Part shown: positions 16,250 through 26,077 of the stretch, piece after piece
Layout of the letters: each line of letters opens with the position of its first letter
How positions within the stretch are numbered: position 1 is the first letter of the stretch
Sequence record: SRR16203515_818
Direction: 5' to 3' (one strand)
Length of the DNA stretch: 41,191 nucleotides
The notes under the pieces: generated by a model
Seen by the model: the letters and a program-made list of their open reading frames with translations, nothing else
Databases searched by the model: none
Told to the model about the DNA's origin: nothing
Program-made: the position numbers and the translations under genes

Positions 16250-17815
16250 ATGTTTGATTTAATTACGAATCGAGATAGCAACGTAAAAAATGACGTGCTT
16301 TCTGGTATTACTGTTGCCTTAGCATTGGTGCCAGAAGCCGTAGCATTTGCCTTTGTGGCCGGTGTTGAACCCATGATAGGGTTATATGCAGCCTTTATGA
16401 TGGGCCTTATCACTTCTGCCATCGGCGGGCGTCCGGGGATGATTTCAGGGGCCACTGGTGCCATGGCGGTCGTCATGGTTGCCCTAGTTGCCCAACACGG
16501 CGTACAGTACCTTTTTGCTGCGGTCATACTGGCCGGTTTGCTGCAAATTATGTGTGGCGTGTTTAAGCTTGGAAAGTTTATCCGCCTAGTGCCTTACCCT
16601 GTTATGTTGGGTTTCGTTAATGGCTTGGCCATTGTTATCTTCTTAGCGCAGTTAGGTCAGTTCAAAGTGGTTAATGCCATGGGAGAGCTGTCGTGGATGC
16701 AGGGCACTATGCTGTATTGGATGCTAGGGTTAGTCGCGTTAACCATGGCGATCATTTACCTGCTCCCTAAACTTACCACCGCGGTACCGGCGTCATTAGT
16801 CGCTATCGTTACGGTCACGGCCTTGGTGCATGGGCTTGATTTAGAAGCGCGCACCGTTATTGATTTTGTTAGAGACTTATTGCCGGCTGAGCAAAAGGCA
16901 CAGGCTACCCTTGCGGGTGAACTGCCTAGTTTCGCGATTCCTATGGTGCCCTTTAATTGGGAAACCTTGATGATTGTTTTGCCTACCTCCGTCATTCTTT
17001 GTTTAGTGGGTCTTATTGAGTCATTGCTGACCTTATCGTTAATTGACGAAATGACCGATACCCGCGGACGAGGTAATAAAGAATGCGTAGGTCAAGGTGT
17101 GGCAAACACGGTGAATGGCTTCTTTGGCGGTATGGGCGGTTGTGCCATGATTGGTCAAAGTATGATTAATATTAACTCAGGTGGACGCGGACGCTTATCG
17201 GGCATTACTGCCGCTCTGGTATTACTTGGCTTTATTCTTTTCGCTGCCCCGTTAATTGAAATGATCCCCCTTGCCGCGCTCGTGGGCGTTATGTTTGTGG
17301 TCGTCATTGCCACCTTTGAATGGGCATCATTTCGTATCGTGCGTGGTGTCAATAAAGAAGATGCCTTTGTGCTTTTCCTCGTTACCGGTGTCACGGTAAT
17401 CGCCGATCTTGCCATTGCGGTAGTGGTAGGGGTTATTGTTTCGGCCTTGGTATTTGCCTGGAAGCATGCCCGCCATATTGCTGTGAAAAGCCATATCGAT
17501 AACGACGGTTGGAAAGTTTATGAGCTTGAAGGGCCGGTGTTTTTTGGCTCCATTACTCATTTCAAAGATTTATTTGATATTGCCAATGACCCGCAAGATG
17601 TGGTTATTGACTTTAAGGAGTCGCGTATTTGGGACTCGTCAGGTATCGATGCATTAGACACCTTGGCCGATAAATACGAGCAACAGGGTAAGAAGCTGCA
17701 TATTCGTCATATTAGTGATGAGTGTCGCAGTTTATTACGCAAAGCGGATAAGTTCGTTGAAATTAATGTGAACGAAGACCCCCGTTATCGCGTGGCGACA
17801 GATAAACTCGCGTAG
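16250..17815 (+). CDS. SulP/SLC26 family anion transporter with C-terminal STAS domain
   Basis: [45 protein letters not shown] region GPVFFGS...DSSG. Confidence 0.93.
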   Translation: MFDLITNRDSNVKNDVLSGITVALALVPEAVAFAFVAGVEPMIGLYAAFMMGLITSAIGGRPGMISGATGAMAVVMVALVAQHGVQYLFAAVILAGLLQIMCGVFKLGKFIRLVPYPVMLGFVNGLAIVIFLAQLGQFKVVNAMGELSWMQGTMLYWMLGLVALTMAIIYLLPKLTTAVPASLVAIVTVTALVHGLDLEARTVIDFVRDLLPAEQKAQATLAGELPSFAIPMVPFNWETLMIVLPTSVILCLVGLIESLLTLSLIDEMTDTRGRGNKECVGQGVANTVNGFFGGMGGCAMIGQSMININSGGRGRLSGITAALVLLGFILFAAPLIEMIPLAALVGVMFVVVIATFEWASFRIVRGVNKEDAFVLFLVTGVTVIADLAIAVVVGVIVSALVFAWKHARHIAVKSHIDNDGWKVYELEGPVFFGSITHFKDLFDIANDPQDVVIDFKESRIWDSSGIDALDTLADKYEQQGKKLHIRHISDECRSLLRKADKFVEINVNEDPRYRVATDKLA

Positions 17816-17835
17816 CGCACCGGTATTGATAAGGA

Positions 17836-17873
17836 TGCACCATCAAAGGCCAATTTTGCTTTTGTTTGGTGCA
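17836..17873. promoter_or_regulatory. Tandem NtrC-like sites upstream of nirB
   Basis: TGCAC-N7-GGCCA (17836-17852) and TGCTT-N7-GTGCA (17857-17873), 21 bp apart. Confidence 0.65.
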
Positions 17874-17936
17874 TATAGTCAGTCTATTTATTCGGTTGTT
17901 TTGAGAAAAGCTATGTAAATTAGATATCTACTCAGC

Positions 17937-17951
17937 TGGCACTGATCTTGG
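17937..17951 (+). promoter_or_regulatory. sigma54 promoter of the nirB operon (non-canonical -12)
   Basis: TGGCAC-TGATC-TTGG versus TGGCAC-N5-TTGC. Confidence 0.65.
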
Positions 17952-18043
17952 ATACAAAGTAAGTGTATGTGTAAATGTGTGTAGAGCATTTCGCTCAAAA
18001 CAATGTGTGAGTTGTGATTAGTGTTTGATCGCAGCGTTAGATA

Positions 18044-18088
18044 GGCAAAGAAGCCCGCTCCAACTTTGGTTGGTGCGGGCTTTTTTTT
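18044..18088 (+). promoter_or_regulatory. ANTAR-type hairpin overlapping a leader terminator (nirB attenuator)
   Basis: GGC-AAAGAA-GCC (18044-18055; hexaloop A1/G4, C-G closing pair) overlaps the 5' arm of AAGCCCGC.CCAAC/GTTGG.GCGGGCTT + T-run (to 18088). Confidence 0.8.
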
Positions 18089-18111
18089 GTCCCGAATATA
18101 GAGGAGAGACC

Positions 18112-20661
18112 ATGACATCTCTGACATCAGCAAACCGAATTCTAATTGTGGGTAACGGCATGGTGGGACACCACTTTGTAGAGCAGTTGCATCAAGAATA
18201 CCCCGACGCCCAAATAACCGTGCTCTGTGGCGAGTCGCGTCTCGCCTACGACAGAGTGCACTTATCTTCTTATTTTAGTGGCGCCAGCGCAGATGACTTA
18301 GCCTTAACCGATGCCGACACCTATGGCGAGTGGGGAGTAGAGTTTGTTACCAATGCCATGGTAAGCGATATTTTACGGGATGAGAAAAAGGTAATAACTC
18401 AGGATGGTGCCGTTTACAGTTATGACAAGCTGGTGCTTGCGACAGGCTCTTATCCTTTCGTTCCGCCTATCCCCGGTAATAACCAGCCCCATTGTCTGGT
18501 CTACCGTACTATTGATGACTTAGAAGCCATTGAAGCCGCGGCCAGAGAAAGTAAAACCGGCGTAGTGGTCGGTGGTGGCTTGTTAGGGCTAGAGGCGGCC
18601 AACGCGTTAAAGGACGCCGGCCTTGAGACCCATGTGGTTGAGTTTGCGCCCCAATTGATGGCGGTACAGCTCGATGTAACAGGGGGCCAAGTACTAAGAG
18701 ATAAAATTGAAGATCTTGGCGTAACCGTGCATACCCAAAAAGCCACCCAAGTGATTGAGAAAGGGCAGCAGGCGCGCTATCGCATGGTGTTTGCCGATGA
18801 CAGTTTTTTAGAAACCGACATGATCTTATTTTCTGCCGGTATTCGCCCTTCAGACCAATTGGCGAAAAAAGCTAATCTGCAACTTGGCGAGCGAGGCGGT
18901 ATTGTCATCGATGATCATTGCCTGACCTCAGACCCAGATATCTACGCCATTGGTGAATGTGCCCTGTGGCAAAATCGTATTTTTGGCCTAGTGGCACCTG
19001 GCTATACCATGGCCCGCGCTGCGGTTAGTCATCTCACCGGCGGTGATACCCTATTTACCGGTGCCGATATGAGCACTAAATTAAAATTAATGGGGGTAGA
19101 AGTTGGCTCCATCGGCGATGCTCACGAGCGTACACCCGATGCGCAAAGTTACACTTATTTCAACCAGCCCGCAGGCGTGTATAAAAAGCTGGTGGTAGAT
19201 GGCGCGCAGAAAAAGGTATTAGGGGCGGTATTGGTCGGCGATACCAGTGATTATGACACCTTATTACAGTATGCCTTAAATGACATTGAGTTGCCCGCCC
19301 AGCCAGAAAGCTTGATCCTTCCCAATAGTGATGCGGCGCCCGCCTTAGGAGCTGACGCACTGCCCGATACGGCCACTATTTGCTCATGTCACAACGTAGC
19401 GAAAAACGACATAGTGTCGGCCATTGATACGGGCTGCTGCAGTTTAGGGGATGTTAAAGGCACCACCAAAGCCAGTACTGGCTGTGGGGGATGTACTGCG
19501 TTGCTGAAAAATGTGGTGGATAGTGAGCTTGAAAAGCGTGGGGTTGAGGTATCAAAAGCACTTTGCGAGCACTTCGACTACACCCGACAAGAGCTGTTTC
19601 ATATAGTGCAGGTTAACGGTATTCGTTCCTTTGATGCACTTATCGAAAGTCATGGAAAAGGCTTAGGCTGCGAGGTGTGTAAGCCGGCGGTGGGCTCAAT
19701 TCTCGCCTCGGTATACAACGACTATATTCTTAAAAATGAGCACCTGCCGTTACAAGATACCAATGATATCTATTTGGGCAACATGCAAAAAGACGGTACC
19801 TACTCTATTGTACCTCGGGTGGCAGGCGGTGAAATTACCCCAGATAAACTTATTCTGCTTGGTGAAGTGGCGAAGAAATATAATCTTTATACCAAGATCA
19901 CGGGCGGCCAGCGTATCGACTTATTTGGCGCGCGGGTAGAAACCCTGCCTGAGATTTGGCAAACCTTGGTAGAAGGCGGCTTTGAAACCGGCCATGCCTA
20001 TGCTAAAGCCTTACGTACCGTGAAGTCCTGCGTGGGCAGCACATGGTGTCGTTATGGTGTGCAAGACTCGGTGAAAACCGCCATCGATTTAGAGAATCGT
20101 TACAAAGGTTTACGGGCTCCTCACAAAATCAAATTTGCCGTATCTGGCTGTACCCGCGAGTGCGCTGAAGCACAAAGTAAAGACATTGGGGTTATCGCCA
20201 CCGAAAATGGCTGGAACTTATATGTCTGCGGTAATGGCGGCATGAAACCTCGCCATGGGGATCTGTTTGCCACCGACTTAGATACTGACACCTTAGTGCG
20301 CTATATCGATCGTATCTTAATGTTTTACATTCGCACCGCAGATAGACTCCAGCGCACCTCGGTGTGGATGGACAATTTAGAAGGCGGCTTGGACTACCTG
20401 CAAGAGGTGGTGATCAACGATGCCCTTGCGATCAATCAAGACCTTGAAGCGCAAATGCAGACAGTAATTGAAAACTACCAGTGCGAATGGAAAACCACCA
20501 TTGAAAATGAGGCGTCACGCAAACGTTTCCGTCAGTTTGTGAATAGTAAAGCCACCGATGCCAATATTCAGTTTGTTGATGAACGGGGGCAAGTGCGCCC
20601 AGCCACCGAGATGGAAAAGAAGCTGGGGGCCAATAAAGCCATTCCAGTTGAACTGGTATAA
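18112..20661 (+). CDS. nirB: NADH-dependent nitrite reductase large subunit
   Basis: GNGMVG FAD motif, GGGLLGLE, BFD-like CSCH..CGGC and CEH..CEVC, siroheme/4Fe-4S SCVGSTWC and SGCTREC; GAGGAG before ATG 18112. Confidence 0.97.
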   Translation: MTSLTSANRILIVGNGMVGHHFVEQLHQEYPDAQITVLCGESRLAYDRVHLSSYFSGASADDLALTDADTYGEWGVEFVTNAMVSDILRDEKKVITQDGAVYSYDKLVLATGSYPFVPPIPGNNQPHCLVYRTIDDLEAIEAAARESKTGVVVGGGLLGLEAANALKDAGLETHVVEFAPQLMAVQLDVTGGQVLRDKIEDLGVTVHTQKATQVIEKGQQARYRMVFADDSFLETDMILFSAGIRPSDQLAKKANLQLGERGGIVIDDHCLTSDPDIYAIGECALWQNRIFGLVAPGYTMARAAVSHLTGGDTLFTGADMSTKLKLMGVEVGSIGDAHERTPDAQSYTYFNQPAGVYKKLVVDGAQKKVLGAVLVGDTSDYDTLLQYALNDIELPAQPESLILPNSDAAPALGADALPDTATICSCHNVAKNDIVSAIDTGCCSLGDVKGTTKASTGCGGCTALLKNVVDSELEKRGVEVSKALCEHFDYTRQELFHIVQVNGIRSFDALIESHGKGLGCEVCKPAVGSILASVYNDYILKNEHLPLQDTNDIYLGNMQKDGTYSIVPRVAGGEITPDKLILLGEVAKKYNLYTKITGGQRIDLFGARVETLPEIWQTLVEGGFETGHAYAKALRTVKSCVGSTWCRYGVQDSVKTAIDLENRYKGLRAPHKIKFAVSGCTRECAEAQSKDIGVIATENGWNLYVCGNGGMKPRHGDLFATDLDTDTLVRYIDRILMFYIRTADRLQRTSVWMDNLEGGLDYLQEVVINDALAINQDLEAQMQTVIENYQCEWKTTIENEASRKRFRQFVNSKATDANIQFVDERGQVRPATEMEKKLGANKAIPVELV

Positions 20662-20676
20662 CCGAGGGAGAAGACA

Positions 20677-21033
20677 ATGACAGCAACAACTCAACTTGCC
20701 GCACAATGGTATGACCTATGTGGTTTGGACGATCTGGTTGAAAACAGTGGTATATGCGCATTAGTCAATCAGCAACAAGTGGCTATTTTTGCCGTTACCA
20801 TAGAGGGTGAGCAGCAAATTTATGCCATCAGCAACTGGGACCCAGTTGGTAAGGCGAATGTACTTTATCGCGGATTATTAGGCTCTGTGGGTGAGGAGAT
20901 TGTGGTTGCCTCCCCCTTATACAAAGAACACTACTCCTTGTCCTGTGGGCGCTGTTTAGAGCGGGATGATGTGAGTGTGATTGCCTATAAGGTGCGCCGT
21001 GAAGGTGAGCGTTTACAAATCGCCATGGAATAA
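20677..21033 (+). CDS. nirD: Nitrite reductase small subunit
   Basis: YAISNWDP..KANVLYRG, VASPLYKEHY..GRCLE; follows nirB. Confidence 0.95.
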   Translation: MTATTQLAAQWYDLCGLDDLVENSGICALVNQQQVAIFAVTIEGEQQIYAISNWDPVGKANVLYRGLLGSVGEEIVVASPLYKEHYSLSCGRCLERDDVSVIAYKVRREGERLQIAME

Positions 21034-21101
21034 ATGGCCTAGTAGGCCGCCTTTGCGCTAACGAATACCTAAATGACTTTGTTGAAAGAAATAGGATAAT
21101 T

Positions 21102-23849
21102 ATGACTACACCACGCCGCGAACTAACTAAGCAACAAATGAGGCAATCTACCTGCCCCTATTGTGGAGTAGGCTGTGGTGTAGATATCAGTTGCAACGTA
21201 ACCGGGGGGGCCGTTTCCCTAGACAATATTACTGGCACCCCAGAGCATCCGGCCAATCATGGTCGTCTGTGTGTAAAAGGAACCAACCTGTTAGAGACAA
21301 ACAGCCTAGATGGGCGTTTACTCAACCCAACCATAGCAGGGGAAAAGGTAGCGTGGGACACGGCGACTACCCTTATTGCCAAGAAAATATCACAGACTAT
21401 TGCCCAGTATGGTGCGGATGCCGTTGCCTTTTATGTTTCAGGGCAGCTATTAACCGAAGATTATTACGTTGCCAATAAATTGATGAAAGGCTTTATTGGT
21501 AGCGCCAATATTGATACCAATTCCCGCTTGTGTATGTCGTCCGCCGTCGCCGCGTATAAACGAGCCTTTGGCGAAGACGTGGTGCCATGTGATTACACTG
21601 ACATCGAGTCTACCGATTTATTAATCTTAACCGGCAGTAATACTGCCTGGGCGCATCCGGTATTATTTCAGCGTATTGCCCGGGCCAAATTACGTAACCC
21701 TGCCATGAAGGTAGTGGTGATAGACCCCCGTAAAACAGAAACCTGTACCATTGCCGATCTACACCTGCCTCTTAAAGGCGGCTCAGATGTGGCACTCTTT
21801 AATGGCCTGCTTAATTTTGCTTACCGCCACGACCATATTCATCAACCCCGAGTGAGCGCGTTTGCTGATGGGCTTGATAATGCCATCGAAGCCGCCTTGC
21901 CCTGGGATATTAGTAAGGTGGCACAGTATTGCGATCTGGACGCTAACGCGCTGGACACCTTTTATTCATGGTTTTGCCAAGCCAGTAGTGCGGTGACCTT
22001 TTATTCCATGGGCGTGAATCAGTCATCACAGGGAGTGGATAAAGCCAACGCCATTATTAATTGCCATTTAGCCTGTGAGCAAATAGGTAGGGTAGGCACT
22101 GGGCCTTTTTCTATCACCGGGCAACCCAACGCGATGGGGGGACGGGAAGTCGGCGGACTTGCCAATATGTTAGCTGCCCATCTAGATATCGAAAATCCAG
22201 CCCACCGAGATAGCGTGCAAGCGTTTTGGCAGGCACCTAGCTTATGTGAAACTCAAGGCTTAAAAGCGGTGGATATGTTCGATACCATGGCCGCGGGAAA
22301 GATTAAATTTGTATGGATAATGGGGACAAACCCTGTGGTGAGCATGCCAGATCGCGAGCAAGTCGAAGCGGCCCTGCGCGCATGCGACACTGTGGTGGTA
22401 TCAGATATTGTCACTCGCAATGATACCTTAGCGTACGCCGACATTGCGTTACCTGCCACAGGCTGGTCTGAAAAAGACGGCATGGTGACCAATTCAGAGC
22501 GTCGAATGTCCCGTCAACGAGGTATATTACCACCCCCGGGTGACGCCAAACACGATTGGCAAATTATCTGTGAAGTGGCAAAAAAAATGGGCTATGGCGA
22601 TGCCTTTGCCTATACCCACTCTTACCAAATTTTCGATGAATTCGCCCGTTTAACGGCCAAAGACAATCACGGTAAGCGGTTGCTTAATTTGTCACCGTTG
22701 GTGGGTATGACGAAAAAAGAGTATGACAAATTAGGCCCTCTTCAATGGCCTTTTACCAAGGCAAAAGATGGCGCCTTCCACAGTACTCGTCCGTTCTCTT
22801 CATTGTCCTTTTCAACGCCCACGGGCAAAGCGCGTTGTATTCCTGTAACCCCGTCATTGCCTAAGCAAGTTACGTCAGAAAAATATCCCTACGTGCTTAA
22901 TAGCGGTCGTGCGCGGGATCAATGGCACACCATGACCCGTACCGGCAAGGCCGCAAAACTCCATGCCTCTATGCCCCATGCTGCGGTATATGTGCATCCT
23001 AACGATGCGAAGGCGGCAGGCGTTCGCGAACATGGCTATGCCATGCTAACTAGTGCAGTAAGTGGCGAAGAACCCTGTATTTTCCCCGTTAAACTAGATA
23101 AAGGGTTACGGGCCGGTGATTTATTTGTGCCTATTCATTGGTCAGCCGCGTGGGGGTCTCACACTAAGCTAGCCAAGCTATATGCACCGGCTACCGATGC
23201 AATTTCAGGGCAACCTGAGCTAAAACATGGGGCAGTGCGTCTTAGCGCTAAAACCTTTACCACCTATGGCATGGTATGTATTCGCGAGCAGGACGCGGCG
23301 TTATTTTCTGTGGATAGCCTAAGCTATTGGGCGAAAACCCAATTAGAACATGGCGTGAAATGGGCCATGGCCTGTGAACAGTCATTAGATGAAAGCCTGG
23401 CAGCACTGGTTGCCAAACTGCCCAAGCATTGGGTGGTGTATCAACGCAAAACCGGCCAGTCTGCCCAGGTGGTCTGTACCGAAAAAGAGCGGTTATGCGC
23501 GTATTTTTCATTTGGCGATAGCTGCCCTAGTCAGGCTCCATCATGGCAAGTGCCTGATGCGTGGATAGATAGCCTGCTAAATGAAAGTCTATCCGCAGCG
23601 AACCAAAGCAATTTACTGCATGGCCATGTCGATGAGGCGTTCACTCAAGGCGAACTCATCTGCAGTTGCTTTAGTGTGCGCGAGAAAACCATTCAACACG
23701 CCGTGCAAAACGGGTGTCACAACCTAGATGCATTGGGCAAGCAGCTTAACTGCGGTACTAACTGTGGTTCATGTAAACCACGCTTAAGTGAAATTATAGA
23801 TGACACCTTATCGATGCTGGCGTTGCCCGTTGCAGCGTCACTAGATTAG
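21102..23849 (+). CDS. nasA: Assimilatory nitrate reductase catalytic subunit (Mo-bisPGD)
   Basis: CPYCGVGC..LCVKG, SGQLLTEDYY, DTNSRLCMSS, TGQPNAMGGREVG, DQWHTMTRT; C-terminal BFD-like CSC...CGTNCGSC. Confidence 0.96.
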   Translation: MTTPRRELTKQQMRQSTCPYCGVGCGVDISCNVTGGAVSLDNITGTPEHPANHGRLCVKGTNLLETNSLDGRLLNPTIAGEKVAWDTATTLIAKKISQTIAQYGADAVAFYVSGQLLTEDYYVANKLMKGFIGSANIDTNSRLCMSSAVAAYKRAFGEDVVPCDYTDIESTDLLILTGSNTAWAHPVLFQRIARAKLRNPAMKVVVIDPRKTETCTIADLHLPLKGGSDVALFNGLLNFAYRHDHIHQPRVSAFADGLDNAIEAALPWDISKVAQYCDLDANALDTFYSWFCQASSAVTFYSMGVNQSSQGVDKANAIINCHLACEQIGRVGTGPFSITGQPNAMGGREVGGLANMLAAHLDIENPAHRDSVQAFWQAPSLCETQGLKAVDMFDTMAAGKIKFVWIMGTNPVVSMPDREQVEAALRACDTVVVSDIVTRNDTLAYADIALPATGWSEKDGMVTNSERRMSRQRGILPPPGDAKHDWQIICEVAKKMGYGDAFAYTHSYQIFDEFARLTAKDNHGKRLLNLSPLVGMTKKEYDKLGPLQWPFTKAKDGAFHSTRPFSSLSFSTPTGKARCIPVTPSLPKQVTSEKYPYVLNSGRARDQWHTMTRTGKAAKLHASMPHAAVYVHPNDAKAAGVREHGYAMLTSAVSGEEPCIFPVKLDKGLRAGDLFVPIHWSAAWGSHTKLAKLYAPATDAISGQPELKHGAVRLSAKTFTTYGMVCIREQDAALFSVDSLSYWAKTQLEHGVKWAMACEQSLDESLAALVAKLPKHWVVYQRKTGQSAQVVCTEKERLCAYFSFGDSCPSQAPSWQVPDAWIDSLLNESLSAANQSNLLHGHVDEAFTQGELICSCFSVREKTIQHAVQNGCHNLDALGKQLNCGTNCGSCKPRLSEIIDDTLSMLALPVAASLD

Positions 23850-23862
23850 GTAGGAGAGAGCC

Positions 23863-24786
23863 ATGCATACCCTAACCAACCGACTTCAGCTGTTAACCAA
23901 AACCAGCCTTGATACCACACGGCTCTACAAATACTGCCGCGCTGGCTGGGAAAAGATGACCGGGTATATCACCGATAAACAGCATAATGAGTCTGTCGTA
24001 AGTACCACGAATGATCAGGGTAAAGTGTTTATTGTAGGCGCTGGGCCAGGGGATGCTGATTTACTTACCATGAAGGCAATAAAAGTGATCCAACAGGCCG
24101 ATATCGTGCTGTTTGATGCGCTAGTCAGTGAAGACGTACTGGCCATTATTCCAAATCATGTTGGCCGTGAGTTTGTCGGCAAACGTTGCGGCAAACATAG
24201 CATGAGCCAACAGGATATTTGTCAAAAAGTGGTTGCGCTCGCTGCCAGCGGGTTAACGGTGGTGCGATTAAAAGGTGGCGATCCTGCGTTATTCGCCAGA
24301 ACCTGTGAAGAAACCACGGCCTTAAGTGCCGCCCAAATCCCGTTTGCCATCGTGCCGGGCATTACCGCGGCTTCAGGGATGTCGGCCTACACAGGGATCC
24401 CGTTAACCGATCGCCGTTGCGCCCAAGCGGTGAGTTTTATTACCGCGCATTTTAGCGACCCCGATACTTGGCCTGATATGCAACGGTTAAGCGCAACCAT
24501 GCAACAACAAACCGTGGTGGTATACATGGGATTAAATCGTTTGGGTTTATTATCAGCGCGATTACAAGCGGCGGGATTAAGTGCCGATTGGCCCGTGGCG
24601 GCAGTGGAAAATGCCACCAGTGAAAAGCAAACCATACTCACAGGGTCCTTATCCACCTTGCCTCAACGGGTCAAACAAGCAAACCTTACCGGACCTACGT
24701 TACTTGTATTTGGAAAAGTGGTAGAGTCGAAGCAGGACGTTTCATTATCTCTGCTTCAATCGAATCACCATGTCACAGCAATTTAG
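23863..24786 (+). CDS. cobA: Uroporphyrinogen-III C-methyltransferase (SUMT domain only), N-terminal extension
   Basis: VGAGPGDADLLT, VRLKGGDP, VPGITAA, GIPLTDR, YMG. Confidence 0.92.
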   Translation: MHTLTNRLQLLTKTSLDTTRLYKYCRAGWEKMTGYITDKQHNESVVSTTNDQGKVFIVGAGPGDADLLTMKAIKVIQQADIVLFDALVSEDVLAIIPNHVGREFVGKRCGKHSMSQQDICQKVVALAASGLTVVRLKGGDPALFARTCEETTALSAAQIPFAIVPGITAASGMSAYTGIPLTDRRCAQAVSFITAHFSDPDTWPDMQRLSATMQQQTVVVYMGLNRLGLLSARLQAAGLSADWPVAAVENATSEKQTILTGSLSTLPQRVKQANLTGPTLLVFGKVVESKQDVSLSLLQSNHHVTAI

Positions 24787-25765
24787 CGAATATATAAAGA
24801 TAATTGGCAAAGGCCAAAAAGGCGGGCGTAGTTTAACCCGCACCGAGGCTTACCATGCCATGAAAATGGTACTGGCTAGGCAAGTTACCGGCGAACAACG
24901 TGGTGCATTTTTAATGCTACTGCGTACGCGAGAAGAAACCCCAGAGGAAGTGATTGGGTTTGTGGATGCGTGTAGAGAGTTACTCGCCCCTGAATTAGCC
25001 ACCTTAACCCCGCAACTCGATATTGGCTGTTATGCCGGTAAGCGGCGACAGCTGCCGTGGTATTTGTTAGCCGTTGCCATACTCGCACAAAAGGGGTATT
25101 CGGTGATGTTACATGGCGCTCATGAGCCAGGCTCGGGACGGCTTTATGCCAGTGCGGTATTACCCACCTTAGGGTTACCCGCTGCGCAAACCATTGAGCA
25201 GGCCCAAGAGCAACTGTCATCGGTGAATGTCACCTATCTCGACCTTTCCCACTTATTAGGCCCACTAGACGACTTAATTAAATTGCGTGAAGTCTTTGGC
25301 CTACGATCCTGTGCCAATACCCTTGCTAGGTTGCTCAATCCTACGCGGGCAAAATGTTGTGTGCAGGGGGTGTATCATATGCACCTTGACCATAAACACT
25401 GTCGTGTGAATGAAGCCTACCCTCAATTTGATGCCCTTTGTTTTCGTGGTGATGGTGGCGATCCTGAGGTAAATAGCGAACGGGATACCGAGTTGTATCT
25501 TACCCGTAATGGGCAAACCCAGACAGTCGTTTTACCCTCACAAATTGACACCTGGGCAATGAAAGACAAGCAGATGCAATGTGAAGCTATGCTAGGGTTT
25601 TGGCAGGGAAAGCGAGAGCACAATTATGCTGCCCAGTCGGTTATTGCCACCTTAGCCAGTTACATTCTGTTGTTAGAAAACTGCACTATGGAAGCGGCAT
25701 TATCACTGGCAAATCAATGGTGGTGCGAACGTAATCAAACACACTTGCCTTTTGCTACCTGCTAG
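24770..25765 (+). CDS. YbiB/TrpD2-like glycosyltransferase family 3 protein
   Basis: YIKIIGKG..GGRSLT, GAFLMLLR..EET, YAGKRR, GLRS..NTLARLLNP, FRGDGG; overlaps cobA by 17 nt. Confidence 0.85.
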   Translation: MSQQFSEYIKIIGKGQKGGRSLTRTEAYHAMKMVLARQVTGEQRGAFLMLLRTREETPEEVIGFVDACRELLAPELATLTPQLDIGCYAGKRRQLPWYLLAVAILAQKGYSVMLHGAHEPGSGRLYASAVLPTLGLPAAQTIEQAQEQLSSVNVTYLDLSHLLGPLDDLIKLREVFGLRSCANTLARLLNPTRAKCCVQGVYHMHLDHKHCRVNEAYPQFDALCFRGDGGDPEVNSERDTELYLTRNGQTQTVVLPSQIDTWAMKDKQMQCEAMLGFWQGKREHNYAAQSVIATLASYILLLENCTMEAALSLANQWWCERNQTHLPFATC

Positions 25766-25820
25766 CATCTTATATTTCATTGCCCGGGCTACGGGCAGCC
25801 GTGAGTTTTTCTAGTGAATA

Positions 25821-25859
25821 CGACCTTAAACAGTGCACCATGTGCACTTTTTTTGTTCA
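25821..25859. promoter_or_regulatory. Tandem NtrC-like sites upstream of nrtA
   Basis: CGACC-N7-GTGCA (25821-25837) and TGCAC-T7-GTTCA (25843-25859), 22 bp apart. Confidence 0.6.
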
Positions 25860-25922
25860 GTTTTAACCGTGGCATGCCAAGGGTTTTATGAAAACTTGTT
25901 ATATTTCATGGCGTTGAATTGT

Positions 25923-25938
25923 TGGCATAAACACTGCT
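25923..25938 (+). promoter_or_regulatory. sigma54 promoter of the nitrate transport operon
   Basis: TGGCAT-AAACA-CTGCT with exact GG-N10-GC spacing. Confidence 0.72.
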
Positions 25939-26077
25939 CTTCTCTAAATAGAACAATAATAAAACGCGCTCATTATATTCAGAGGTAGCGGAAAACGATA
26001 ACGTTTTAAAGAGCACCGTCTCTTTACTTAAAACAACAGTCGTTTGCACCCCATCGTAAGGTGTAGGTAGCAAACAT

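Noticed and set aside
18025-18111. ORF-track N-terminal extension of nirB
   Set aside because: It runs through the ANTAR hairpin and terminator; a strong RBS precedes ATG 18112.
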